Part shown: piece by piece, positions 20,847 through 30,513 of the stretch
Layout: every line of letters begins with the position of its first letter
How positions within the stretch are numbered: the first letter of the stretch is position 1
Source: Candidatus Entotheonellaceae bacterium
Lineage (GTDB): Bacteria; Tectomicrobia; Entotheonellia; Entotheonellales; Entotheonellaceae
Length of the DNA: 64,000 nucleotides
Reading direction: 5' to 3'
Assembly: GCA_965238075.1 (NCBI GenBank)
Contig: OZ250173.1
Span: forward strand, 2,112,001 to 2,176,000
Notes under the pieces: generated by a model
What the model saw: only the letters and a program-made list of their open reading frames with translations
Database searches by the model: none
What the model was told of the DNA's origin: nothing
Program-made: the position numbers and the translations under genes

Positions 20847-21245
20847 ATGAAAGCAACCAAAATCGTCAAGACAGATGCGGAGTGGCGCCAGCAACTGACC
20901 CCGGCGCAATATGAAGTCTGTCGCCGCAAGGGCACGGAACGCGCCTTCACCGGGGAGTATCACGACTCAAAAGAGCCCGGCATTTATCAATGTATGTGCT
21001 GCGGCAGCGATTTGTTCAACTCCGACACCAAATTCGATTCGAGAACCGGATGGCCCAGCTTCTGGCAGCCGCTAACACCCGAGAGCGTCGAGTACGAAGA
21101 GGACCGCGGCTTTTTCATGCGCCGCACCGAGGTCATGTGCAGCACCTGCGACGCCCATCTCGGCCACGTTTTCGACGACGGCCCGGCGCCCACCTACAAA
21201 CGCTATTGCCTCAATTCCGTGTCGCTCAAGCGGGTGCCGAAGTAG
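20847..21245 (+). CDS. msrB: Peptide-methionine (R)-S-oxide reductase
   Basis: GTERAFTG, two CxxC, GWPSF, HLGHVFDDGP, RYCLNS. Confidence 0.97.
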   Translation: MKATKIVKTDAEWRQQLTPAQYEVCRRKGTERAFTGEYHDSKEPGIYQCMCCGSDLFNSDTKFDSRTGWPSFWQPLTPESVEYEEDRGFFMRRTEVMCSTCDAHLGHVFDDGPAPTYKRYCLNSVSLKRVPK

Positions 21246-21251
21246 ATTCCC

Positions 21252-24098
21252 TTATCCCGCACCCATCCGCTCAACGATTTTCTCGACCCGCACGGCGCAG
21301 AATTTGAACTCCGGTATTTTGCCGTACGGGTCGAGGGCGTCGATGGTCAGCAGGTTGGCGGCGGCTTCCTTGAAGTGAAACGGCAGGAAGACGCTGCCCG
21401 TTGACGGCTTGATCGACGCCGTCACCTTGACCGTGATCTCGCCCCGCCGCGATACCACCCGCACCCGCTCGCCATCCTCAATACTCAACGCCGTCATATC
21501 CTCCGGCGTCATCTCCAGCAACGCTTCCGGCACCATGGCATCCAGGGCCTTGGCGCGCCGTGTCATGGTGCCCGTGTGCCAGTGCTGCAGCACCCGGCCG
21601 GTGTTTAGCACCAAGGGGTAATCCGCGTCCGGCAACTCCTTGGCGGGGGCGAATTCGGCGGGCGCGAACTTGCCTTTGCCGCGCGGGAAGCCGTCGGTAA
21701 AACGGATCAGCACGCCCGGATGCTGGGGTTCCGGGCACGGCCACGGAATGCCCTCGTGCGCCAGCCGCTCGTAGGTGATGCCGGTGAACACGGGCGTCAG
21801 GGACACGATCTCCCGCCAGATGGCCTCCTCCGAGGCGTACGACATCGGGTAGCCCATGCGCGCCGCAAGGTCGGCGATGATCCGCCAGTCGTCGCGCACC
21901 TGTCCCGGCGGCTCGATGGCCTGCCGGGCGAGCTGAACGCGCGAATCCGTGTTGGTGAAGGTGCCGGTCTTCTCGGGAAAGCTCGTGCCCGGCAGGATCA
22001 CGTCGGCGTACGCCGCGGTTTCGGTGAGGAAGATGTCCTGCACCACCAGGAAGTCCATGCTGGCCAGGCACTTCTTTACCTTGTTGATGTTGGGATCGCT
22101 CAGAAAGGGGTTCTCGCCCATCATGAACATCGCCCGGATGTTGCCCTCCAGCACCGCTGACATGATCTCCACCACCGTAAGGCCCGGTTCGGGGTCGAGC
22201 GTGACTCCCCAGACGTCCTCGAATTTCCGCCGCACCTCGGCGTCCGCAACGCTCTGGTAGCCGGTGTAAACCATGGGAATGAGGCCGACGTCCGAGGCGC
22301 CCTGTACGTTGTTCTGGCCGCGCAAAGGATGCAGGCCGGTGCCGGGCCGGCCGATGTTGCCGGTGAGCAGCGCCAGGTTGATGAGACAGCGGGAGTTGTC
22401 GGTGCCGGTGGTGTGCTGCGAGATGCCCATGCCCCAGAAGATCATGGCGCGCTTGGCCCGCCCGTAGGCGCGGGCCACGTCGATCAGCTTTTGCTCCGGC
22501 ACCCCGGTGAGGCGCGACACCAGGCGCGGCGTGTAGGCGATCACCGTGTCGCGCAGGCGGTCGAAAGCCTCGGTGCGTTCTTCGATGAAGTCGGCGTCGT
22601 AAAGCTCCTCGCGGATGATGACGTGCATGAGGCCGTTGAGGAACGCCACGTCGGTGCCGGGGTTGAAGCGCACGTAATGGTCGGCGTGGTCGGCGATCTC
22701 GGGCCGTCGCGGGTCGGCGACGAGTAGCGTGGTGCCGGCGTTGGCGGCCTGCTTGATGAACGTCGCTGCCACCGGGTGGTTGTGCGTGGTATTGGAGCCG
22801 ATGATGAAGATGGCGTCGGTGTCCAGCGCGTCGGAAAACGGGTTCGACACCGAGCCGCCGCCGATCTGGTCGAGCAAGGCGGCCACCGAGGAAGCGTGGC
22901 ACAGTCGCGTGCAGTGATCGACGTTGTTGGTGCCGAAGACGGCGCGGATGAGCTTCTGGAACAGGTAGTTATCCTCATTCGAGCACTTGGCGGATCCGAA
23001 ACCGGCCAGCGCCTGGCTGCCGTGCGCTTCCCGGACGGCCATGAAGCGCTGCGCCGCCAGGTCGAGGGCCTCGTCCCAGGTCGCTTCCCGGAACGCCTGG
23101 CGCGGATCGGCAGGCGGCTCGGGAACCTTCGGGTAGTACTCCGGCTTGCGAATCAGCGGCACCAGCAGGCGCTCGCCGTGGTGCACGTAATCGAAGCCGT
23201 AGCGGCCTTTGACGCACAGCCGGCCATGATTCACCGGACTGGCGCGTCCGGACACCTGCACAATGGTGTTGGCCTCCGTGTTGACCGTGTACGTGATGCT
23301 GCACCCGACGCCGCAGTAGGGGCACAGGGAGTCGACTTGTTTGTGATCGACGTCCGTCAGCATCGGCAGAGTCAGGGGCTTGTCGGTCAGGGCGCCGGTC
23401 GGGCAGGCGGCCATGCACTCGCCGCAGGAAACGCAGCTCGACTGGCCCATCGGCAGGTCGTTGTCGAAGGCGATGCGCGCCGTGTAGCCCTTGCCGGTGC
23501 GCCCGATGACATCGTTGCATTGCACGTCGTCGCAGGCGCGGATGCAGCGGTCGCACAGGATACAGGCGTTGTGATCGACGGCGATGACCGATGACGACAG
23601 GTCGTGTCCGTTATCAAAACTTGCTAGCAATTGGCGGGCGGGGAAGCGCGGCGTCGTGACGCCCTGCGCGGCGGCGAGCTCCAGCAGCAGGTCAGGCTTG
23701 CCGGCTTGCCGCGGCGGGGCTGGCTTGCCGTTGGCGGTGGGATAGTCGGCCATGAGCAGTTCGGTCAGCATGGCCCGCGACCGCGTTACCTTGTCGCCGT
23801 TCGTGTGCACCACCATGCCGTCCTCGGCTTGACGCACGCAGGCGGCCTGCAGCACGCGGCTGCCCTCCACTTCGACCACGCACATGCGGCAGACGCCAAC
23901 CGGCTCCAGCTTGGGTGAGTGGCACAGTACGGGAACATCGATTCCCGCCTGTTGAGCGGCCTCGTACAGGGTCGTGCCGGGCGCCACGTCGAGTAATTGG
24001 CCGTCCATCGTGATGCGGACACCACTCGCCGTGCTCGTGCTGTCTTGTCCTATAGGCTCACTGGCGTTCGCTGTGGTGGTTGCGATGGCTTCAGACAT
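21252..24098 (-). CDS. fdhF: Formate dehydrogenase alpha subunit (FdhF/FdsA-type, Mo/W-bisPGD, Cys-ligated)
   Basis: N-terminal 2Fe-2S and 2x4Fe-4S Cys motifs, CPYCGVGC, RLCHA active-site motif, RGQNNVQG, C-terminal PEFKFCAV. Confidence 0.93.
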   Translation of the reverse strand: MSEAIATTTANASEPIGQDSTSTASGVRITMDGQLLDVAPGTTLYEAAQQAGIDVPVLCHSPKLEPVGVCRMCVVEVEGSRVLQAACVRQAEDGMVVHTNGDKVTRSRAMLTELLMADYPTANGKPAPPRQAGKPDLLLELAAAQGVTTPRFPARQLLASFDNGHDLSSSVIAVDHNACILCDRCIRACDDVQCNDVIGRTGKGYTARIAFDNDLPMGQSSCVSCGECMAACPTGALTDKPLTLPMLTDVDHKQVDSLCPYCGVGCSITYTVNTEANTIVQVSGRASPVNHGRLCVKGRYGFDYVHHGERLLVPLIRKPEYYPKVPEPPADPRQAFREATWDEALDLAAQRFMAVREAHGSQALAGFGSAKCSNEDNYLFQKLIRAVFGTNNVDHCTRLCHASSVAALLDQIGGGSVSNPFSDALDTDAIFIIGSNTTHNHPVAATFIKQAANAGTTLLVADPRRPEIADHADHYVRFNPGTDVAFLNGLMHVIIREELYDADFIEERTEAFDRLRDTVIAYTPRLVSRLTGVPEQKLIDVARAYGRAKRAMIFWGMGISQHTTGTDNSRCLINLALLTGNIGRPGTGLHPLRGQNNVQGASDVGLIPMVYTGYQSVADAEVRRKFEDVWGVTLDPEPGLTVVEIMSAVLEGNIRAMFMMGENPFLSDPNINKVKKCLASMDFLVVQDIFLTETAAYADVILPGTSFPEKTGTFTNTDSRVQLARQAIEPPGQVRDDWRIIADLAARMGYPMSYASEEAIWREIVSLTPVFTGITYERLAHEGIPWPCPEPQHPGVLIRFTDGFPRGKGKFAPAEFAPAKELPDADYPLVLNTGRVLQHWHTGTMTRRAKALDAMVPEALLEMTPEDMTALSIEDGERVRVVSRRGEITVKVTASIKPSTGSVFLPFHFKEAAANLLTIDALDPYGKIPEFKFCAVRVEKIVERMGAG

Positions 24099-24120
24099 GG
24101 GTGCTCCCTCGCTCCGCTGA

Positions 24121-25749
24121 TCACGCCGCGATGTAGCGGGTGATATCGTCCTTGAAGTGCTTGATGACCGACAAGATGGGGTTCGGCGCCGCCTGGCCCA
24201 GGCCGCAGATCGAGGTCAGCGCCATGGTTGCCGACAGTTCCTCGATGAGTTCCAGGTCGGCCCACGAGCCACGTCCCTCCAGGATGCCTTCCAGGAGCGT
24301 GACGATCTTCTCCGAGCCGACCCGGCAGGGCACGCACTTGCCGCACGATTCGTTGCGGAAGAAACGCCCGACGTTGAGGGCCAGTTCCAGCATGCAGACG
24401 TCATCGCCGACGACCACCACCGCGCCCGATCCGAGCATCGAGCCGGCCTCCGCCAGGGTGCGAAAATCCAGGGGGATATCGGCCATGCTGGCGGGCAAAA
24501 AGCCGGACGACGCGCCGCCGGGAGCAAAGGCTTTGAGGGTGCGGCCGTACCGCATGCCGCCGGCACGTTCGATCAAGTCGCGCACCGTCAGGCCGAGCGG
24601 CACCTCGTACACGCCGGGGTTCTTGACCTGACCGCTGACCGCCAGGAATTTCAGGCCCTTGGCGCTGTTCCTGCCGTGTTCGGCCCACCAGTCGCCGCCG
24701 TTGAGGACGATGCCGGGCACCATGGCGAAGGTCTCGACATTATTCAGCAGCGTCGGGGCGCCGAACAGCCCGTGCGTACCCGGGAAGGGCGGCTTGTGGC
24801 GCGGCTCCGCCCGCTTGTCCTCCAGGGCTTCGAGGAGGGCGGTCTCCTCGCCGCAGATGTAGCCGCCGGGACTCTCGAAAATCTCGAACTCCACGTGGTG
24901 CGAGGACCCCATCATGTATTGGCCGAGGACGCCCTCCGCCTGCCGTTGCCGCAGCGTCTTGAGCAGCACGTCGCGCTGGCGGGCGTATTCGTGGCGGATG
25001 TAGATGATAGCCTTGCGCGCCCCCACCGTCACCGCGGCCAAGGCCATGCCCTCCAGGACCAGATCGGGTAGTGTCTGCAAGATGACGCGATCCTTGAACG
25101 TCCCCGGCTCGCTCTCGTCAGCGTTGCAGATGACGTACTTCACTTCGCCCGGCGCCTGTTGCACCAACTCCCACTTGACGCCGGCGGGAAATCCGGCGCC
25201 GCCCATGCCGCGCAGGCCGCTCGCCTTGAGGGCTGCGAGCACCGCGGCGCTGTCGCCGCCGTGGACCAGACGACGCAGCGCATCGTATGTGGGCGCGCCG
25301 TCGTAGGGGTCGCAGACGAACGCCGTATCGGGCGTGGAGAAACGTTGTCGCCGCAGGGTGCGCCCGTTGGCCAACGACTCGAGCAGGGACATGATACGCT
25401 GGGCGCTCGCTTCGGTGTAGATCTGGTCGTTCACAACGATGGCGGGCGCGCCGTCGCATTGTCCCAGGCACGCCGTGGTGCCTACGTGTACGTCCGTCAG
25501 GGGCGAGGCATCTACCGCGGTGCGGGCGATGGCCTGCAAATCTGTTGCGCCGCGCAACAGGCAGGCCATGTCGTGGCATACTCTGAGGTCGACTTTGGGG
25601 GGCGGCTGCAAGCGAAAATGGGGATAAAAACTGGCCAGTCCGTGCAAGCGATAAAGGGGTACGTTGATGCGGCGGGAAAGGGCCTGTAATTCTTCTGCAG
25701 GCAAGTACGAGTGGGTTTTCTGAATCAGGTTGAGTTCCTGAATAATCAT
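24121..25749 (-). CDS. Fused NuoE-NuoF-like diaphorase subunit of NAD-linked formate dehydrogenase
   Basis: NuoE-like CHDMAC...CLGQC; NuoF-like GLRGMGGAGFP, NADESEPG, YICGEET, ESCGKCVPCR, SICGLG. Start uncertain (ATG 25749 or TTG 25833). Confidence 0.88.
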   Translation of the reverse strand: MIIQELNLIQKTHSYLPAEELQALSRRINVPLYRLHGLASFYPHFRLQPPPKVDLRVCHDMACLLRGATDLQAIARTAVDASPLTDVHVGTTACLGQCDGAPAIVVNDQIYTEASAQRIMSLLESLANGRTLRRQRFSTPDTAFVCDPYDGAPTYDALRRLVHGGDSAAVLAALKASGLRGMGGAGFPAGVKWELVQQAPGEVKYVICNADESEPGTFKDRVILQTLPDLVLEGMALAAVTVGARKAIIYIRHEYARQRDVLLKTLRQRQAEGVLGQYMMGSSHHVEFEIFESPGGYICGEETALLEALEDKRAEPRHKPPFPGTHGLFGAPTLLNNVETFAMVPGIVLNGGDWWAEHGRNSAKGLKFLAVSGQVKNPGVYEVPLGLTVRDLIERAGGMRYGRTLKAFAPGGASSGFLPASMADIPLDFRTLAEAGSMLGSGAVVVVGDDVCMLELALNVGRFFRNESCGKCVPCRVGSEKIVTLLEGILEGRGSWADLELIEELSATMALTSICGLGQAAPNPILSVIKHFKDDITRYIAA

Positions 25750-25858
25750 GTAAGGGTTGCCCCGCAGCGCTTGTGACCCGGAGGGGAAAAGATCGGGCGC
25801 AACCTTACCGTGCTTTGGGGGCATCGTCAACACTGCCGGGGACCTTTCAAACCGGCGT

Positions 25859-25888
25859 TTGACAGCTTTTGAAGCGGCGTTCTACACT
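25859..25888 (+). promoter_or_regulatory. Putative sigma70 promoter for mobA
   Basis: TTGACA, 18-bp spacer, TACACT in the fdh/mobA divergent gap. Confidence 0.45.
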
Positions 25889-25946
25889 GCCGTGCGCTGC
25901 GGCGTAGACGGCATCCGAAAATCCCGGCATGGCAAGGAGCGAGCCC

Positions 25947-26552
25947 ATGAAAGCTTTATCTGATGGCGTCACGGGCGTCCTGCTCGCCGGCGGCAACAGC
26001 AGCCGTATGGGCCGGAACAAGGCCCTCATGACGCTTGCCGGACACCGCCTCGTTGACCGTGCCTTGGCCGTCTTGCGCGGCCTCTTTGACGACTTGCTGA
26101 TGGTCACCAACAGCCCCGACCTGTACGCCGACCTCGGCATCCGCATGGTGTCCGACCTCGTTGCCGGCAAAGGCGCCCTCGGCGGTATCCACAGCGCTAT
26201 CCACCACGCCGCTACACCATACTGTCTCGTCGTGGCCTGCGACATGCCGTTCCTGAACGCCGCCGTCTTACGCTATCTGGTCGAGCAGCGAGCGGGGTAT
26301 GACGTCGTCGTGCCCAGCGTGTACGGCAGGCCGCAGCCGCTGCACGCCGTCTACGGCAAAGCCTGCTTGCAGCCCATCGCCCGGCGTCTGGAGACGGATC
26401 GCCTCCACGTCGTGGGTTTTTTCCCGGACGTGCGGGTGCGGGAGGTTACGGCGGAGGAACTGGCGGGTTTTGACCCCGAGGGTCTGTCGTTCCGCAATTT
26501 GAATACGCCGGAGGAGTTTGCCGACGCGGCGCGCCGGCTGGATGCGCCTTAG
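25947..26552 (+). CDS. mobA: Molybdenum cofactor guanylyltransferase
   Basis: LLAGGNSSRMGRNKA, GALGGI, ACDMPF, QPLHAVY, NLNTPE. Confidence 0.93.
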   Translation: MKALSDGVTGVLLAGGNSSRMGRNKALMTLAGHRLVDRALAVLRGLFDDLLMVTNSPDLYADLGIRMVSDLVAGKGALGGIHSAIHHAATPYCLVVACDMPFLNAAVLRYLVEQRAGYDVVVPSVYGRPQPLHAVYGKACLQPIARRLETDRLHVVGFFPDVRVREVTAEELAGFDPEGLSFRNLNTPEEFADAARRLDAP

Positions 26553-27112
26553 CTGACGCGCGACACGTACCGGCCATCCGTCGTGTCCACGCGCACCACG
26601 TCGCCGTCTTTGACGAACTGTGGCACCTGGACCACCAGGCCGGTTTCCAGGGTGGCGGGTTTCATCGACGCGCTGGCCGTGGCGCCGCGCAGGGCGGGTT
26701 CGGTGGTGCTGACTGTCAAATCCACCGTTGTCGGCAGGGTGACGCCGATGACGGTACTCTCGAACGTGTCCACGGTCGTCCGCGTGTTGGGCAGCAGGTA
26801 AGGCAGACTGTTTTCCAGCAAATCCTTGTGCATGTTGATCTGCTCGTAGGTCTCGGGGTGCATGAAGACGTACTCGTCGCCGTCGGCGTAGAGGTATTCC
26901 ATTTCCTGCGACTCAACGGTCACCCGCTCCACCCGGTCGGTGCTGCGCAGTCGTTTTTCCACCTTGCTGCCGCTGGCGAGGTTGCGCATCGTCGTCTGCA
27001 TGGCCCCGCGCACGTTGCCGGGCGCCACGTGATGCGTCTTCATGACACGAAACAGGGCGCCGTCGATCTGCAGAATCATCCCCGTTCGCACCTGGGTTAC
27101 CGAAATCAACAT
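26549..27112 (-). CDS. efp: Elongation factor P (atypical loop PGNVRG)
   Basis: 187 aa; YLYADG, FM..ETYEQ, KPATLETG, VPQFV, VDT..G.YVSR. Confidence 0.93.
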   Translation of the reverse strand: MLISVTQVRTGMILQIDGALFRVMKTHHVAPGNVRGAMQTTMRNLASGSKVEKRLRSTDRVERVTVESQEMEYLYADGDEYVFMHPETYEQINMHKDLLENSLPYLLPNTRTTVDTFESTVIGVTLPTTVDLTVSTTEPALRGATASASMKPATLETGLVVQVPQFVKDGDVVRVDTTDGRYVSRVS

Positions 27113-27227
27113 CGTTCAAAGCTCCTCAAAAGGAATGACAAAAGAGACGTTGGCGTCTGCAGCTTCTCTGAATACCCGGACTACACTGCTCCGGTCTTAA
27201 CGCGCGCGGCCGGCCGATGCCCACGGC

Positions 27228-28223
27228 CTATCCCCAAGTGGCAAACCCCATCGCACAGCCGGTGCCGGCCGGTGAACGGTAGCATGGCACGTAGTCGACT
27301 ACGTCCATGTCCAGATGCTCCACGGCGCCGGTTACCACGATCCAGTTCCGTATTTCGGAGCTGCCCGAGTTGATCTTCTGCCGGGGCAGCGCGGACAACT
27401 GGTCGACGCTCTTGGCCTTCATGCCCGCCAGCGCCTGCTGGTCCAGTTCCTCATCGACTACAAAGTGGCTCAGCCCGCCGGATGCCAGGATACCCACCCG
27501 GATGTCCTTCGGCCACGATTCGATGGCGGACTTCAGGGCCTGTCCCAGGTTATAGCATCGTTTGGGGGTTGGCTGATTGGGCGGGTAGTAGGCGTTGAGC
27601 ATCACGGGCACGGTGGGGATCGTAGCGCCGGTCATCAGGCGGTTATAGACATATCCGAAGGCGTGCCCAATGCCGCCTTTGGTCCGCCCGCCGCGGCTTG
27701 GGTCCAGGAAACTGGAACACCCCACGTCAAACTCGGCATCCATCAGGCTTTCGATGATGTGGCGGCCCAGCGCTGAGTCGGTGGGCGCAATCTGATCATC
27801 GGTGTTGTAGCCAATCAGCAACCGGTTGCCAGTCGAGGGACCCGCCGCGTGTCCGACAATCTTCACCTCGTCTCCCCAATATACGCAGAAGGCGGGCATA
27901 TTGTCGTCCAGCAGGTATTCGTGCTGGTCATCCCCCACCATCACCAGCACGTCCAAACGGGCGTCGTACATCCTTTTGGACAGATGCGCGATAGCCTTCT
28001 GGTTCTGCTGGTGTCGTTGCTCGAACTTGGCCAGGGTTATCTCTTTGGCGATACGGTCCGTGTCGATCCGAGCCAGCAGATCCTCGTAGTTGGAGGTGAT
28101 ACCGTCGGTGCCTACCAACTCGGGGTTGCCCTTATCCCGCTCGCCTCGGCCGGCCCAACCATCGGCGGGCGTGCTGAGTTGAGGGCTATGGGAAGATGCC
28201 AAACCCAATACGAGCTCTGCCAT
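27228..28223 (-). CDS. LigB-like (class III) extradiol ring-cleavage dioxygenase
   Basis: SSHSP, GDDQHE, GHAF, ASGGLSHF, SEIRNW, GCAMGF. Confidence 0.85.
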   Translation of the reverse strand: MAELVLGLASSHSPQLSTPADGWAGRGERDKGNPELVGTDGITSNYEDLLARIDTDRIAKEITLAKFEQRHQQNQKAIAHLSKRMYDARLDVLVMVGDDQHEYLLDDNMPAFCVYWGDEVKIVGHAAGPSTGNRLLIGYNTDDQIAPTDSALGRHIIESLMDAEFDVGCSSFLDPSRGGRTKGGIGHAFGYVYNRLMTGATIPTVPVMLNAYYPPNQPTPKRCYNLGQALKSAIESWPKDIRVGILASGGLSHFVVDEELDQQALAGMKAKSVDQLSALPRQKINSGSSEIRNWIVVTGAVEHLDMDVVDYVPCYRSPAGTGCAMGFATWG

Positions 28224-28278
28224 TGTTCGACTCCCTCTACCTGCTGAAACGCAGTCGATCTTCCAATGGATGCTGGGT

Positions 28279-28668
28279 TCAGCTCAACTCCGCGATCGCT
28301 TCGATCTCCACGTCCAAGCCGTCCTCGGCCAGCGCGGTGATCTCCACCAACGTGTTGGCCGGATAGTCACCCTGGAAATACTCGGCGAACAACGCTTCCT
28401 GTTCCTCCTGATGCGCCCGCCAGTCGGAGATGCTGGTTACGAAAGTCGTGATTTTCACGATGTCGGAGGTTGCTCCACCCTCTTCTTTCATGATCCGGGC
28501 GATACGGTCCAGGGTTACCCGCAATTGTTCCATCGCCGGTTTGCCTTGGGCCTCAGTGCCGCGGGCGGTGCAGCCGGAGATGAACAGCAGGTTGCCAACC
28601 CGCACGCCGCGGCTGTAGGTAGGCCCGGCGGGGGCGATATCCGGGTAGTTCTTTCTGATTTTCTCCAT
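28279..28668 (-). CDS. Rid (YjgF/YER057c/UK114) family protein
   Basis: YSRGVRVGNLLFISG, DIVKITTF, YPANTLVEI, VEIEAIA. Start at ATG 28668. Confidence 0.88.
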   Translation of the reverse strand: MEKIRKNYPDIAPAGPTYSRGVRVGNLLFISGCTARGTEAQGKPAMEQLRVTLDRIARIMKEEGGATSDIVKITTFVTSISDWRAHQEEQEALFAEYFQGDYPANTLVEITALAEDGLDVEIEAIAELS

Positions 28669-28844
28669 GCTTCGTCTCCCAAAGTTTCCGTTCCAAAGGC
28701 CAAGCGTCCACAATTCGTTGCCGCATTAAGGATACATCCAACACCTGCGCCAGGCCCGTCCCGAACGGTAGCCGTCAGGCCAGACGCCAGCGCGGTCCTG
28801 CTCCGCTTCTCACGCGTACCCACTTTAAACCAATCTGCCCCTTG

Positions 28845-28961
28845 GTCATTGCGAAGAGCGCAGTCCGCCTCAGACGGATGGCAATCCCGTTGGGGCAGCG
28901 CATACCTGTAGGGCGAAGTATTCCCGCCGCAATGAGATTGCCGCGCTACGCCCGCAATGAC
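28845..28961. repeat. REP-like palindromic element
   Basis: Outer inverted repeat GTCATTGCG...CGCAATGAC with inner GGCAATC/GATTGCC pair, intergenic. Confidence 0.6.
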
Positions 28962-29181
28962 GGATTAGACCGGGTACGCGTGAGTGCCCCGCGTATGTTG
29001 ACGAACGGCCGGGTTTTGCACAACATAAGACCATCAGCGGCTCGCTTTGAGCCTTGTCGGAAGCAACATTGCGCCCGAGTCATGCCGATTTCACGGCCGC
29101 GATTTCTGGATTCGTCGAGCCTCGACCGCACGCGGCTATTCCACGCCCACCGCTCAGTCCTCCCAACACAGGAGAAGGAAC

Positions 29182-30204
29182 ATGTCCCAAGACAAGAGAA
29201 TCTACGTCGGGATGCACGATGGCGTTTGCGCTGTTTTTAGCGGAGACGGCGGAAAAACCTGGAAACAAGGCCCCGTAACGCCTTTGGCACATGCCGCGGC
29301 CCGATTGACAGCAAGCCCCGCTGTTCCCCAGCGCGCATACCTGGCGGCGTACGAGGCCGGCGTCTACCGCACGGATGACGGCGGGTTGACGTGGAACCAC
29401 CTGGGCTCCTATCCCACCGACTATGCGCACAGCGTGCTGGCTCACCCTGCCGAAGCAGACACCGTATACGTGGGCAGTGAACCGGCGGCCGTGTTTCGTT
29501 CGTCGGACGGCGGCATCACCTGGGAGGAATTTGGCGGCTTTCGCGCCGTGCCGGAATCGACCGATTGGGGATTCCATGCGCCAACCCGCGACGCCCACGT
29601 CCGTGACCTGCGCCTCGCTCCCAACGACTCCAATTGTATGTACGCCGGCATCGAAGTCGGCGGCATGGTGTGTTCCCGCGACGGCGGCATCAGCTGGAAG
29701 CAACTGTCCGGGCTGGACGACGACATCCACTGCGTGAACCTCAGCAGCGACCGACCCAGCAGCGTCTACGTCGCCACGGCCAGCGCCCCTTACCGCTCCG
29801 ACGACGGCGGTAGCGCGTGGGAGCTGATAAACACCGGACTGGAGCGCCGGTACGCCCTGCACATCGCGGCGGCTCCCGACGCCGCCGACCTGGTGCTGGT
29901 TACGGTATCCTCCAGCGCCAGGCGCAGCAATCCCCAGTTCTACCGGTCCACCGACGGCGGCCGCAGTTGGAAGTTGGTCGAAGGACTCGGGGCCGGCGAC
30001 AATCCTGAAGACATGGTTGTGGCCTTCGAGTGGGATCCGCAGGATTCGGATGTGGTGTATGCCGGCACCGACGGCGGCGGATTGTACTGCAGCCATGACC
30101 GTGGCGTTTCCTGGAATGCATTACCCGTGCACCTGCCGACCGTTGCCGTAGGCGCCCTGGCGGTGAGCGAACGGATAAACCTGCCGGGTCGCCGCGTGGC
30201 GTGA
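29182..30204 (+). CDS. BNR/Asp-box repeat beta-propeller protein (Ycf48/VPS10-like)
   Basis: About seven SxDGGxxW repeats; no signal peptide; AGGAGA RBS. Confidence 0.85.
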   Translation: MSQDKRIYVGMHDGVCAVFSGDGGKTWKQGPVTPLAHAAARLTASPAVPQRAYLAAYEAGVYRTDDGGLTWNHLGSYPTDYAHSVLAHPAEADTVYVGSEPAAVFRSSDGGITWEEFGGFRAVPESTDWGFHAPTRDAHVRDLRLAPNDSNCMYAGIEVGGMVCSRDGGISWKQLSGLDDDIHCVNLSSDRPSSVYVATASAPYRSDDGGSAWELINTGLERRYALHIAAAPDAADLVLVTVSSSARRSNPQFYRSTDGGRSWKLVEGLGAGDNPEDMVVAFEWDPQDSDVVYAGTDGGGLYCSHDRGVSWNALPVHLPTVAVGALAVSERINLPGRRVA

Positions 30205-30513
30205 TGACGGCCCGTGAGCACGCATCAATCGTCGCCTCCTGATGGCTGCACGTGAGCCGAGGGGCGAAAGGCCAGCCCCTCGGCCGGCATCATCGACAGC
30301 CAATCGGTCAAGACCACCGAAAGCGGCGGCGCACGGGGTTTTGATGCAGGCAAGACAAGGGCCGCACAGGATCGCCGAAGTCGCGGGATGACGATCTTCG
30401 TTTCGGTTTGTAAACTGCCCAGTGATTAGGTTACATATTCACGGATGATCCTTAGGCTTTCGCCACAGGGGCCTCGAACGCTTGTTTGAGACGGGTGACC
30501 GGAGGTTACGGAA

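Noticed and set aside
21252-24098. Possible selenocysteine in formate dehydrogenase
   Set aside because: The active-site codon encodes Cys (RLCHA) and the ORF has no in-frame TGA.
29182-30204. Periodic GACGGCGG repeats as a possible CRISPR or tandem array
   Set aside because: They are the codons of SxDGG Asp-box repeats inside a CDS; there is no repeat-spacer structure and no cas gene.
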